Shown here one piece after another: positions 26,051-39,367 of a DNA stretch of 64,000 bases (its first letter is position 1; each line of letters starts with the position of its first letter). The notes under the pieces were generated by a model. It was not told the DNA's origin and ran no database searches. It was given only the letters and a program-made list of their open reading frames with translations. The stretch comes from Chiloscyllium plagiosum (lineage: Eukaryota). The position numbers were made by a program, and so were the translations under genes. The stretch spans positions 37,443,650-37,507,649 of the forward strand of contig NC_057718.1 of the NCBI RefSeq assembly GCF_004010195.1, in the 5' to 3' direction.

Positions 26051-27534
26051 ATAATTTGGGAGGGAGCAGGCTCCATTGTCTCCCCGCACTAAAGGCTTAG
26101 AAGGTGGAGAAAACTGGAGAAAATGTCTTCTATCCAGAGGGTGAAAGAGCTCTTCCTGACATAAAGGCTGATTCTCAAAGTAGGGTTGGGAACTCAACAT
26201 TTGGATGAATGAATCCTAGGTCCCAGCTCTGTGCCTGAACAGCATTGTTCAAATGATACAAGTTTTAAATTTTAAATAACTGATAGGTCAGACAGCAAGT
26301 TTGTACCGAATTAGAGGTGCCATGACCTTCTAGAAGATGTGATCTGCCTGCCTGGAGTCATCAGCAAATGCAAAGAGCAGCCATGTTTCAAGCTGCTACC
26401 ACTTTTCTGGGGAAAGCAGGCAGCTCATGAAAGGGCCAGGAAGAGAAATATGGTACAAAGTACCCATGGATTCTTAAAGGGCATTTAATTGGCAGCAAGT
26501 ATATGTTCCATTTCCTCACCAGTTCAGGCCCTCTGAAAATTGCAACCTATCCAGCAGGTGATAGGATCAGAACCCACCCCTCGGGAACACCATTTTCATT
26601 CTATACCTGTCCCAGGATACATGTTGATATAGTTATGCTTGTTTAGCTTCTGTTCTTTTATGCACAGATAATTTTGGTAATGGTTGCTGTAATGTGGATT
26701 GCCATTGTTCTCTGCTCATTTTTGGATCTTATAAATGCCATTAGAGCTCCAGGGTAGCACCTCCACCACATGCACACTCTTGCCATTCCTTTAAGTGACC
26801 AATTTTCTTAAAAACATTTTCCAGTAAAGTTTATTTGCGGAATTAATAACTCTGCATTTTAAAAGAAGACAAACTCTGACCTCTTGAATCACTGCCATCT
26901 TGTGTCATCATCCTGCAACTTGAATTCCACTTAAGTGAGGTGAATCCATGTTGATGGGGTTTATAGCCCCATTGCAACAATATAGTGGTTCTCTTTTTTT
27001 GATGTCCTGACACATGATTTCCTGTAGACATTTACAACTTGAAACAACTATAGAAAGGACCATACACTTGCATCATTGTGGCAGAAGTCAAGATGAATTA
27101 ACCAACAGCTAACCAGTAAGTAATGATGATGCCTGTAAATGAAATCCTTCCTGCTGTCGAATAGTTGTTCAGCTGTGCAAAGTTGAAGAGGGCATTCACT
27201 GGGTCTTTGCAGCACTACATTACACTCCTGCATCAAATCAGCATTGCACACTAGTTAACGTCATGATCTAGTTGTTTTGCATACTTCCAGCAGATAGAGT
27301 CACAGAGTCATAGAGATGTATAGCATGGAAACAGACTCACCACATGCCTTTTAACACCCTCAATAATAGGGCGACCAGCGTGATTCACCCCACATGTGTG
27401 CCCATGTGCTGCAGATGTCACTGAGAAACTCTAAAGGCATTTGTAACACTTCAATCTAGGCGCAGTACAATGATGAACTCTTAAAATTCCCAGACATCAT
27501 TAAAGCAACCCTGACTGACAGTGACAGCCCTTCA

Positions 27535-28035
27535 CATCAAAACTGCAATCAATGGGTATCGGGGAAAACTCTCCTCTGGTTGGAGTCATACCAGGCACAA
27601 AGGAAGATGGTTGTGGTTGTTGGAGGTTAGTCATCTAAGCTCCATGATATCTCTGCAGGAGTTCCTCAGGGTAGTGTTCTAGATCCAACCGTCTTCAGCT
27701 ACTTCATCAAGACCTTTCCTTCAGCATAAGGACAGAAACGGGGATGTTCGCTGATGATTGCATGATGCTCAGCACCATTTGTTATTCCTCAGATGCAGAA
27801 ACAGTCCATGTCCAAATGTGAAAAGACTTGGATAATATCCAGGTTTGAGCTGGAAAGTGGCAAGTTACAATTTGCACCACACAAATGCCAGGTAATGATC
27901 ATCTCCAATAAGAGCCAATCTAATCACTCCCCCTTGACATTCAACAGCATTACCATCACTGAAATGCCTCATTATTAATATCCTGGGGATTACCACTGAC
28001 AAAAATTGAACTAGACTTATACATAAATACAATAG
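27535..28035 (+). mobile_element. Second CR1/L2-group family, RT fragment
   Basis: [16 protein letters not shown]. Confidence 0.8.
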
Positions 28036-28037
28036 TA

Positions 28038-28487
28038 ATTTGGAAAAGCATAGGTTGATTAGAGATAGTCATAATAGCTTCGAAAGGGCAGGTCATGCCT
28101 CACAAACCTCACTGAATTCTTTGAGGATGTGACAAAACACATTGATGAAGGTAGAGCAATGTATGTGGTGTGTATGGATTTTAGCAAGGCATTTGATAAG
28201 GTTCACAGTGATAGGCTCATTCACATAGTAAGGAGACACGAGATACAGGGATATTTAGCTGGATACCGAACTGGCTGTCACATAAAAGACAGAGGATGGT
28301 AGTGGATGGAAAGTATTCAGCCTGGAGCTTGGTGACCAGTGGTGTTTTGCAGGAATCAGTTCTGGGACCTCTGCTGTTTGTGATTTTTGTAAACGACTTG
28401 GATGTGGAAGGATGGGTTAGTAAGTTTATTGATGACACAAAGGTTGGAAACGTTGTGGATAGTGTAGAGGGCTGTTGTCGATTGCAA
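28038..28487 (+). mobile_element. CR1 RT fragment running into a 500-N gap
   Basis: [33 protein letters not shown]. Confidence 0.88.
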
Positions 28488-31400
28488 NNNNNNNNNNNNN
28501 NNNNNNNNNNNNNNNNNNNNNNNNNNNNNNNNNNNNNNNNNNNNNNNNNNNNNNNNNNNNNNNNNNNNNNNNNNNNNNNNNNNNNNNNNNNNNNNNNNNN
28601 NNNNNNNNNNNNNNNNNNNNNNNNNNNNNNNNNNNNNNNNNNNNNNNNNNNNNNNNNNNNNNNNNNNNNNNNNNNNNNNNNNNNNNNNNNNNNNNNNNNN
28701 NNNNNNNNNNNNNNNNNNNNNNNNNNNNNNNNNNNNNNNNNNNNNNNNNNNNNNNNNNNNNNNNNNNNNNNNNNNNNNNNNNNNNNNNNNNNNNNNNNNN
28801 NNNNNNNNNNNNNNNNNNNNNNNNNNNNNNNNNNNNNNNNNNNNNNNNNNNNNNNNNNNNNNNNNNNNNNNNNNNNNNNNNNNNNNNNNNNNNNNNNNNN
28901 NNNNNNNNNNNNNNNNNNNNNNNNNNNNNNNNNNNNNNNNNNNNNNNNNNNNNNNNNNNNNNNNNNNNNNNNNNNNNNNNNNNNNNNCATTTTCTCATTT
29001 CCATTGCACACTTGCATTATAGATGAGGAGGGAAAGCAACAGAGATCATACTTCACAGAGTGTGTCGCAGACTTAGTCTGTTAATCTAGGTTACCCCATA
29101 AACATTCATGTTCTTTTCTTCCTTGCACTTCCTGTCAACCCCATCAGTTCTTTGCTTCCCCATATTCCCACATGACCTTTGCATTTAAGTCTTCATTTCC
29201 CAACATTATCCCCTGAGCCCCATCATGATGGAATGTCCTCTCCATCAAACTCATGTTCGTGGTAACTGTCAACGATCCCCTCAGAACTTCATGTCTTCTA
29301 ATGCACCATTATCACTGACCCTTATGTGTTGATTTGAACTTGACACAATTATTGTCCCATCTGCACTCAGGAATGCTGCTTTGAATCTCCACAATTGATT
29401 TCCCCAACTTGCCTACCACAGCGGTGGCCCCTTATAACGCTCCTAGACTTACAGTGAACAGACTCCCCAGGACTGATTGTGTACCAATCTCCTGACCAAC
29501 TTCAATGGACAGTCCCCGCTAAGAGTGACCTGAGACCCGACTGATATCTGTGTAACTCTCACAGATTTATCACTAATCCCTAGACTGTTAGCACTGGTCC
29601 TGCGGGACTGACCATGGTCAATCATGAATTGTAATAATATGGAACTGCTAACCCTGACTGTCCCAGGTGGCGAACTGACTATACCCAAGACCCTGGATTG
29701 AGATTGGATGATTCTCTTGACTGACTGCAGCAATGCCCCCTGACTGACATCAATCCTTTTGATTTGACCAATGACAGGTCCTCTTAGACTTTGAGATATG
29801 GCCATCTGATTAAAAAAACATTCAGTGTGCTTGTTGTGTGAGCTGTTGGCACTTGGTGCAGGTGTGGCATTGACATAACACGGTGCCATATACCAACATG
29901 GCCAGTCCCCTGACTGATCGCTGCTAGAAAACATGACAAGCTTCCTGGCTCAATGCCTACATTAATGGACAAAAGAAGACAGATCTATCATGAGACATTC
30001 TGAATAAGGTGTCAATATACAAAAAGGCAAGGTAGAGATGCAGTGCTCAAAGTGAGTGAATGCAAAGAACCCCGAGGTGAATTCCATTCTGGTGCATGAG
30101 ATGGGTTCTCATCCCCATGTGTGAAATGGCCTGGAAGTAGCATTGTAGTTAAAGGTGTCGGTACACTCCATTGTACAGTATTGAAAGGATGAACTGTATT
30201 ATAAATGAGTGGCAGATGTGCCATCAAGATGTGGTGGAGCTGGTGCATATCCAATGCCAACCTCTTCTGATGTAGGATGTGGCAGTTGCTGCCAATGGGG
30301 CATGCCTTAGGGCATTGTAGATTGCTGGCCAAGATGGAGACCTGGATGAGTTTGACCGTGAGCTGGAATCCGCTCAGACTTCCATATTGGGGAATTGTCA
30401 CCATCTAGGTTTTCTGTACTACCTGGTTAGAGTGTAGGTAATAACGAGGACTTAGTGCATACAACTAGGCCTCTCACTGCTCTCTCGTTTCTCATATCAC
30501 TGTTGAAACCTTGGGTGGAAAATCGGACTGTTTTCTCTTGATGTTGAGAATCTCATTTTTCTAACCTCACTGCAGTTTTCCATTGCCCACACATTTCAGG
30601 GGCTGGGAAGATTCTGCCTACTATTTCATTGACGCCAGCATTTTGCAAACAATGGTACAGGCACTTTACTCACCACTAACATCAAGAAAATTGCCACAGC
30701 AGGCTCTAGAGCAAAAATCTCCTCCCTTCTGATGTGACTGAATTTTGGTAAAATTTAACCTGAACATTTTTTACAAACTGTAAAGGAAGACAGAAAAAGC
30801 ACAGATTATAATTCATGTTTAAATCATTTTCAAGAAAGCAAAGTAAAAATCAAGGCATATCCTTCATTTTATGTTGAAACTGCAAAATCATAATCGCGTT
30901 AAAAACGAAAAGAAAAATATACTTTTTATTTTAGAAATCATGGAATTGCTGACTGTTCTTTGGAAGCATATGACTCCACATTTGAAAAAAATATTTTATC
31001 AGAGACAGACAGATGTTCAGAAGTAATTATAACATGGTATGCCTTGAAAAACTCATGCACCCAAACGTTTTATATTTCTTATCAAGTTATAGCAAGAATA
31101 ATGCATTAAAAAAATTAAAGGTCACTTCACTGATTCTATACTTGTTACTGGTTACAGCTGCAAAGACCACAAATGTAAACTCTTTGGAGGAGCAGGGTAT
31201 CAATGACAGAACTCCTAGGTTCCTGCATGAGTAGATGACACTACTAGGTTTACACAAGATTCACAAAAGACCTTAGCAATCATAGTTACTAATCCATTAT
31301 TTTGATGAGAACTGTTGCAATTGAGAAATGGCACAATGAATATTTTATTAAAAGTAAATTGGAATTCGTGAGGTACTAATACTTGAAGTTTAGTTTCTGG

Positions 31401-31989
31401 TATAGTGCTCTTACTTTAGTTGCGCAGTGTTGGAACTAGATATTTCATATAATTAAGTGAACTAGGTAATTAACTGACCAGAGGGTCAAACTCAGCTTTC
31501 TGTGTTGTAGTATAAATATTCACTTTCCTGTATTCAGTCAGCTGTGGCTAAAGAACACAAGGAAAATAGCACAAAGTACTGAAATAACAAAGCATTTTGG
31601 TTTTCAACTGATATAATTATAGCATTCTGACATTGAACTTTATGAGAAGACACATTCTGCTTAGCGCTTTCTTTTAGACAGGTTTAAAATTTCATTGGGA
31701 TCTGAGGATGGAAACTGATCTGAGAGCCAATGCTTTCTGCAAATATACAACTTATGCATATCAGCATGTTCAAATAAGCAAATCATAAGAAATAATAGGA
31801 CCAAATCAGAACCTTAGAGGCCAAGACAATTAAGTGTTATGTGACTAATGCTGCATTTATGATGGAGAACCATTTCCTGGAGATTTGGAATTTATAGACC
31901 ATTAAGAGCTGTTGAGAGGAAATTAAGTGTTTGGTCTAAAAGAGAAAAAAAGCATTTTGGAAGCTGTTTTATTATTTTAGTAGTGCATA

Positions 31990-32240
31990 TTTATGACATG
32001 CCGATTCCTTTACACAGAGTGTGGTAAGAATGTGCCACTTGCTGTCAAGTTGAGTGGTTGAAGCAGATAGCAATGACATATTTAAGGGGTGGCTTGATGC
32101 CTCCATGAAGGTAAGAGAACGGTGAGGTATGGATGGAAAGAAGTCATTAAAGGGAATGAGGTCTATTTGGAGTATAAACACCAGCTCCGACCAGTAAGGT
32201 CAACTGGCCCGTTTCTGTTCTGTGTAGATTGTCTGTAATT
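31990..32240 (+). mobile_element. Old CR1 3' end
   Basis: tttacacagagtgtggtaagaatgtg..gtggttgaagcagatagcaatgacatatttaag; decayed 3'UTR. Confidence 0.6.
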
Positions 32241-34509
32241 CTATATTGCTTTTGCCATTAAATTAGCTGAATAACTTTAAGGCCAATGAAAAAGTCAGGT
32301 TTTCTTTACCCAGTAATTCCCACTTTCAAAATGGATGGAGGAAACTGAGAAGCAGGAGAAAAATGTAAGTTAATAATGTTAAACTTCTTCAAAAGCAAGA
32401 TGACAGTAAAGAATACATTAATTTTAAAATGAGTACAAGTAAAACTAAATTTATTATTGCATTTTATCATTAAAAGGGATGTGATCATCAGTACCATTTC
32501 TTTTTGAAAATAAAACAGTGTTTTTGATTTACATTTTGTTTTGTTATAATTAAAACTTCAGCAACAAAGTTGGTTGTAATAGTCCCATTATTGTATTATT
32601 GTCATTATTTCAGTGCCACAATGTGTAAGCTGTAAATTTGCAAAATTGGTCATACAAGGATGGCTGAGAACCTATTGAAAGCTAAGGATTAATTACTGTA
32701 AATAAACATTGACCTTGAAAACACATCAACTAATTCATTTCATGTAAATTCACTTTTGTGCTGCACATACACAAATATTAGCCATCCTTCCAAGATGCAA
32801 ACACATACTCAAATTTCCGAGGTTAAACTCCAAAGAAAGCAAGCGAGCCTTTACCTAAAGTCTCTGATGCCTATAAGAGTCTAATCATTACCCTATGAGA
32901 ACAAAATGTCAGGAATGAAGTGTTTATGTTTCCAAACTAATTACTGAAACAGAATTTATTGCAGCTCATTAAAAAAAATTGTTCAAAGGCTTGCTGCTGA
33001 TTTGTCTTTCTTTTTCCTCATGTTTGTTCTTCTCAGTTTTCCAGCGTGTAACAAGAAGATTGAAATGTTGGGTTCACTGCCTGATGTAACTTCATAGTTT
33101 TATGTAATTTTACAGATGTCTGAAAAAAAATTAAAAAGCAATATTGCAGTGACCACTTTCCTCTATTTTAGAATTAATTGGGGTAAGGTTTCTGTGAAAC
33201 ATCTTTAAAATTATGGAGGCACACTTTCCCTAAGCAAACATGATTACATCTTCCTATAATACTCAGTGCAGATTTTATCTATTATAACAATGGCCTTTTC
33301 CACTAAAATAACTGACTACTCAACATGTTGCCATCTTAACTCATTGGGTCACGTCACTGCATTTTAAGAATCTGTATTGATTGACTGGCTAATGAATTGA
33401 TGAATGCTTCAGCACCACAGGGCTGCATTAGGTCAGGCATATACATAATCACCTCTGATTAATGACCTAGAATCAGTATGTTGCACAATTTACAATACTG
33501 ATGCTTATCACTTGCGTGTGTGCATTCATATTTATGTTTCAATAGTCTTATTCTAATTAGAAATTTTGAAAATGAATTGTTAAATGGGAGACTGTCTTCA
33601 TCACCACAGAGAGGGAGATGAGTCATGATGATTGTTAAATGAGCCAAGGAAATGTTTTAGAATATTGCTTCGTGTGCATGGTGAGCAGAGATTTCATGGG
33701 CTTATTTCTCAAATCAAATGTCCTTTGAATACTGGTATACTTATGAGTAGACCATTGTTGCATCGCTGACAAAAAGGTGGGCAGTGCCTCCCTAAAATGT
33801 GGTAGAAAGGGAAAAGCTCACCATCTTTACCTTTTCTGATCCATCTGGTTTTGATTTTGAATGAGCATGCCACTGGATGATGAGATTGTTCACCTGACTG
33901 GGGAAATGGAGCCAAAAGTAATATTCTCTCTACTTTTCTTCTGAAACATGCTGGTGATTTTAAGTCTGCTGTACCATTAACTTCTTTTTTGCACAGCAAT
34001 CTCAGGCGGCAACTTGGCACAGCCAAACAACTTAGGAATAGCATTATCTTTAAGGATGTAAATTGTGTATCTATGTTCATAGGCCCCCAGTTAACATTTG
34101 GGATATTATTGGGTACAGCGTGCATTGTGCGTGCCCTAAACATGGTACCAACTAATGGGCTGGCTGATCTGAAATGTGATAAGTAGGTTTAATTTAATTT
34201 TAATTATTTATGTGAGAGTGGCTTCACAACAACCTGAGAACATACCGCAACATGTTCATCATTTTCCTGGGAATGGTTCCCTACCCATTCCTTCTCCCAT
34301 TCAGTACAACCCAATGCGTTCAGCAGACATATTTCCTTCTAGTATAAAATCCAGCTGGACAAGAATCAGCATGTTGGTAATGCGGGATGTCTGATCTCTG
34401 CCCATTTTGCACACCAAATGCATTTACCATTGGCTTTTGAATTGACACCTGCAGCTTTCGCTAGAAATTAGTGAGAATCAGTTATTAGAATGTTCAAATG
34501 TAAAATAAA

Positions 34510-34992
34510 GTCATAGAGTTATAGAGTCATAGAGATGTACAGCTCGGAAACAGACCCTTTGCTCCAACTCATCCATGCTGACCAGATATCCTAAATTAAT
34601 CTAGTCCCATTTGTCAGCTCTTGGTCCATATCCCTCTAAACCCTTCCATCCAGATGCCTTTTAAACATTGTAATTGTACCAGCCTCCACCACTTCCTCTG
34701 GCAGCTCATTCCATACACGCACCACCCTCTGCATGACAATGTTGTTCCTTAGGCCCCTTTTAAATCTTTTCCCCCTCACCTTAATCCTATGCCCCTTAGT
34801 TCTTGACTTCCCCCACTCCAGGGAAAAAACCTTGCTAATTTACCCTATTTATACCTCTCATGATTTTATAATTGTCCATAAGGTCACCCCTCAGTCTCCG
34901 AAGCTTCAGGGACATTATCTCCAGCCTATTCAGCTTCTCCCAATAGCTCAACTCCTCCAGCTCCGGCAACACGCTTGTAAATCTTTTCTGAA
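34510..34992 (-). mobile_element. CR1 3' fragment
   Basis: Antisense tail (AGTCATAG)n and ORF2 C-terminus. Confidence 0.9.
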
Positions 34993-35041
34993 CAAAATAT
35001 TTTACAGTCTGCTGCTCATGTACATTAGTTCCTGATTGTAC

Positions 35042-36913
35042 ACATGAGATGGCTTTGGCAAATAGAGTTAAGGAGAATCCAAAGGGTTTTTACAAATATG
35101 TTAAGGACAAAGGGTAACTAGGAAGAGAATAGGCTCCCTCAAAGATCAGCAAGGCAGCCTTTGTGTGGAACCACAGGAGATGGGGGAGATATTAAACCAG
35201 TATTTTGCACCAGGGTTTACTGTGCAAAAGGACATGGAAGATATAGAGTGTAGAGAAATAGTTGGTGACATCTTGAAAATGTCCATATTACAGAGGAGGA
35301 AGTGCTGGATGTCTTGAAACACATAAAAGTGGACAAATCTCCAGGACCTGATCAGGTGTACCCTAGAACTCTTTGGAAAGCATGGGAAGTGATTGCTGGG
35401 TCCCTTGCTGAGATATTTGTATCATCGGTAATCCCAGGTGAGGTGCCGAAAGACTGGAGGTTGGCTAACATGGTACCACTATTTATGGAAGGTGATAAGG
35501 ACAAGCCAGGGAACTATAAACCAGTGAGCCTGACATTGGTAGTGGGCAGGTTGTTGGAGGGAATCCTGAGGGACAGGATTTACATGTCTTTAGTAAGGCA
35601 AGGACTGATTCGGGATAGTCAACGTGGTTTTGGGCGTGGGAAAGCATGTCTCACAAACTTGATTGAGTTTTATTGAAGACGTAACACAGAGAATTGATGG
35701 GGCCAGAGCAGTAGACGTGATCTATATGGACTTCAGTAAGACGTTCCAACAAGGTTCTCCATGGGAGACTGGTTAGTAAGGTTAGATCTCATGGAATACA
35801 AGGACAACTAGCCATTTGGATACAGAACTGGCTTAAGGGTAGAAGACAAGAGGGTGGTGGTGGAGGGTTGTTTTTCAGATTGGAGGCCTGTAACCAGTGG
35901 AGTGCCACAAGGATCAGTGCTGGGTCCACTACTTTTTGTCATTTATATGAATGATTTGGATGTGAACTTAAGACGTATAGTTAGTAAGTTTGCAAATTAC
36001 ACCAAAATTGGAGGTGTAGTGCACAGTTAAGAAAGTTACCTCAGATTACAACTGAGATTACATTGACCAGATGGGCAAATGGTCTGGGAGTGGAGATGGA
36101 GTTTAATTTAGATAAATGCGAGGTGATCCATTTTGGGAAAGCAAATCTTAGCAGGACTTATACACTTAATGGTAAGGTCCTAGGGAGTTTTGCTGAACAA
36201 AGAGACCTTGGAGTGCAGGTTCATAGCTCCTTGAAAGTAGAGTTGCAGCTAGATAGGATAGTGAAGAAGGCGTTTGGTATGCTTTCCTTTATTGGACAGT
36301 GTATTGAGTATAGGAGTTGGGAGAGCATATTGCGGCTGTACAGGACATTGGTTAGGCCACTGTTGGAATGTTGCGTGCAATTCTGGTCTCCTTCCTATTA
36401 GAAAGATGTTGTGAAACTTGAAATGTTCAGAAAAGATTTAAAAGTATATTGCCAGGTTTGGAAGATTTGAGCTGTCGGGAGAGGTTGAATAAGCTAGAGC
36501 TTTTTTCTCTGGATCGTCGGAGGCTGAAGGGTGATGTTATAGAGGTTTACAAAACCATAAGGGGCGCGGATAGGATAAATAGTAAAGGTTTTTCCCCTGG
36601 GGTGGGGGAGTCCAGAACTAGAGGGCATAGGTTTAGGGTGATAGGGGAAAGATATTAAAAAGACCTAAGGGGCAACGTTTCCATGCAGAGGGTAGTACGT
36701 GTATGGAATGGGCTGCCAGAGGAAGTGGTGGAGGCTAGTACAATTGCAATATTTAAATGCATTTGGATGGGTATATGAATAGGAAGAGTTTGGAGGGATA
36801 TGGGCCGGGTGCTGGCAGGTGGGACTAGATTGGGTTGGGATAACTGGTTGGCATGGACAAGCTGGACTGGAGGGTCTATTTCCGTACTGTACATCTCTAT
36901 GACTCTATGTCTC
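35042..36913 (+). mobile_element. 5'-truncated CR1 (1.9 kb, RT region, disrupted)
   Basis: [32 protein letters not shown]; tail CTATGACTCTATG. Confidence 0.93.
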
Positions 36914-37429
36914 TATAAGTTGAGTTCCAGCCTTAGCATTTCTAAAGAGAAAGTTACTTCAAGGGGCAGTCAGAAATATACAGAAGGGATTTAATGTTGA
37001 TTATTGACAATGTTTTTTTAATTATTTTGCTGTGTTGTAGATACCTAAATGAACAGACTTTACAATGCAGTTTTGGTGTGGTTTAAGTTTGCTAACTCTG
37101 TGCTCACTTGGAGGGCTTAATGGCTATGGGAATCCTTCAATATTTCTGTTAATTATGCAGCTTTCTGTGGGCACCTAATGCCTTTGTTTAGGTGCAATTG
37201 ACTCAGTCCATATTATATGATCCTGAAGTTAAACCATAAATGTGGATGAGCAGGTTAACCGGGTTAGGGGCATTCAATGGCTGCCATTGTTCATGAATTT
37301 TTTGACACAGCTTCCCACATTCTTGAATGAACCCGAACCACATTCTTATGTTTTTCATTTACTGGATATCTTTCCTAGTTCTGCATGGTCATCTCCTCAA
37401 ATGCCGAACAAGGATTTAGGAAAACATCT

Positions 37430-37830
37430 TAAAAATCATGTAAGGAGGCCATTCAGCCCAATGAACCTGTGCTAGCTCTTTGAAAGAGGTGAACAATTCA
37501 ACCTATTTTTCCCTTACCCTTCCCTATAGCTTAGCAAATATTTATCTTTTATATGTTTGGAAAGTTATTATTGTTTCAACTGACCTCTCAGAGGGTGTGT
37601 TCCAGATCATAACAACCTGCTATGCAAAAAAATAATATTTCTTCACATCTCTGGTTCTCTTGCGAAATACCTTCAGTTTACATCCTCCAATCACAGACCT
37701 TTCTACCACTGGACCTTTCTCCCGAAATACTTTATCAAAGCGTGGTCTGATTTCAAACACCGCCACTAAATATCTTCTTACCCTCTGCTTTGAGGAAAAA
37801 AATCCCCTATTCCCCAGCTTCTCCATTTAA
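37430..37830 (-). mobile_element. Old CR1 3' fragment
   Basis: ORF 37620-37826 MEKLGNRGFFSSKQRVRRYLVAVFEI resembles the CR1 C-terminus. Confidence 0.65.
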
Positions 37831-38714
37831 CTGAGGTCTTATGTTACTGACATTGATTATTGGGCTGGACTTTATGCTCCACAATGACTGGTTTGAAGCT
37901 GGTGACCTTTCCTCTGCCCAGCAGCTGGTCCTCAACTCAATTCCTTCTGAGGGGGTGGCAGGGTAAGTGTCAGATGACCGTCCCATCTGTAGGTCTATTC
38001 AGACATTTCAGTGGTCGATCTTGCTAGTTCTTTTGGCCATGGCAGAAAGAGACCCACTGCGTGTGAGAAGTCAGCAACTATAGTGCAAGGGAAAAAGGGA
38101 ACCCCAAATGAGAGTCTTTATGGCCCATTAAGGAAATTTCCCTCCCACGTGCCTCTTGAATCAATTCCCAAAAATCCCTCACCCCAGGTTCCCCCCCCAT
38201 TTGCTTAGGCCTAAGACTCCAGACTTACCTGGGCATCTCAGCATAGTAAGACTGCCTATAGACCCACACTTGACAATCAGGTTGGGCTGCTGCTGCTGGG
38301 GTAAAAGTTCCAGTCTCTCTTGCTGTGGGAAACACGTTCTCAATATCTAATCTGCCAAGCCATCTCAGAATCTCACATGTTCCAGTCACCTCTCATTCTT
38401 CTAAACTCCAGAACATACAAGTCAATTTATTCAATCTATCCTTAAAGGACAACATCTTAGAAACTAGTCTGGTGAACCTTTGTTATACTCCCTCTAACAC
38501 AAGTTTATCCTTCCATAAGTATGGAGTCCAAAACCATACTCAACTCAATACTCTAGTTGTGGTCTCACCAAAACCCTGTATAATTTCAGCAAAACATCCC
38601 TATTCTTGAACTCCAACTCTTTGTATCAAAGACCAAACTGTCACTTAATGCCTATTTACTTCATCTAACTGCATGCAATGTAATGCATAACATGTAAAAT
38701 GATTGCTAGTTATC

Positions 38715-38835
38715 TCTTATTGATCATACCAAAACATTTGATAAAGTCAAACATAACAATCTCATGAAAATATTGGAAAACATCAACATTGATGGGAAAT
38801 ATCTTTGGTTTATCAGGAAAACGTATCAGAGCCAG
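38715..38835 (+). mobile_element. RTE-clade LINE fossil, left piece
   Basis: LIDHTKTFDKVKHNNLMKILENINIDGKYLWFIRKTYQSQ (RTE pattern FIDY.KAFD.V.H..L). Confidence 0.7.
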
Positions 38836-39162
38836 ATTAAGGAGAATCCCAATGCTTTTTATACATATATAAAAAGCAAGAAGGTAGCTGGGAAAGGGTT
38901 GGCACACTCAAGAACAACGGAGAGAATCTATATGTAGAGTCAAAAGAGGCAAGCAAGATCCAAAACAAATACTTTGTGTCAGTATTCACCAAAGAGAAAG
39001 AATTGGTGGAGGATGATCTCAGTGAAGGGAGTGTCAAATTTCGAAACCAAGTTTCTATTAAAAAGTATTAAAGTGGATAAGTCCCCAGGTCCTGATGGGT
39101 TCTATCCCAGAATATTGAGGAAGGGAAGTGAACAAATTGCTGCAGCATTGACAGACATCTTT

Positions 39163-39367
39163 GTAGACAAAAGTGAGGACTGCAGATGCAGGAGATTAGA
39201 GTCAAGATTAAAGTGGTGCTGGAAAAGCACAGCAGGTCAGGCAGCATCTGAGGAGCAGGAAAATCAACAATTCAGGCTGGAGCCAGGCCTCCTGCCCGAA
39301 ATGTAGATTTTTCTGCTCCTCAGATGCTGCCTGACCTGTTGTGCTTTTCCAGTTCCACTCTAATCTG
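39163..39367. mobile_element. Hairpin PLE-derived insertion, family A
   Basis: Inverted arms; TSD AGACATCTTT at 39153-39162 and 39368-39377; hammerhead core decayed. Confidence 0.85.

Noticed and set aside
28217..29084. Long ORFs of 180-370 aa here and at 41140-42258 and 54432-55563
   Set aside because: Their length comes from N gaps translated as X; the real parts are CR1 or PLE fragments.
29449..30404. ORFs of 161 and 130 aa on the minus strand
   Set aside because: No recognisable motif; may be ancient DNA-transposon sequence, but I cannot support a call.
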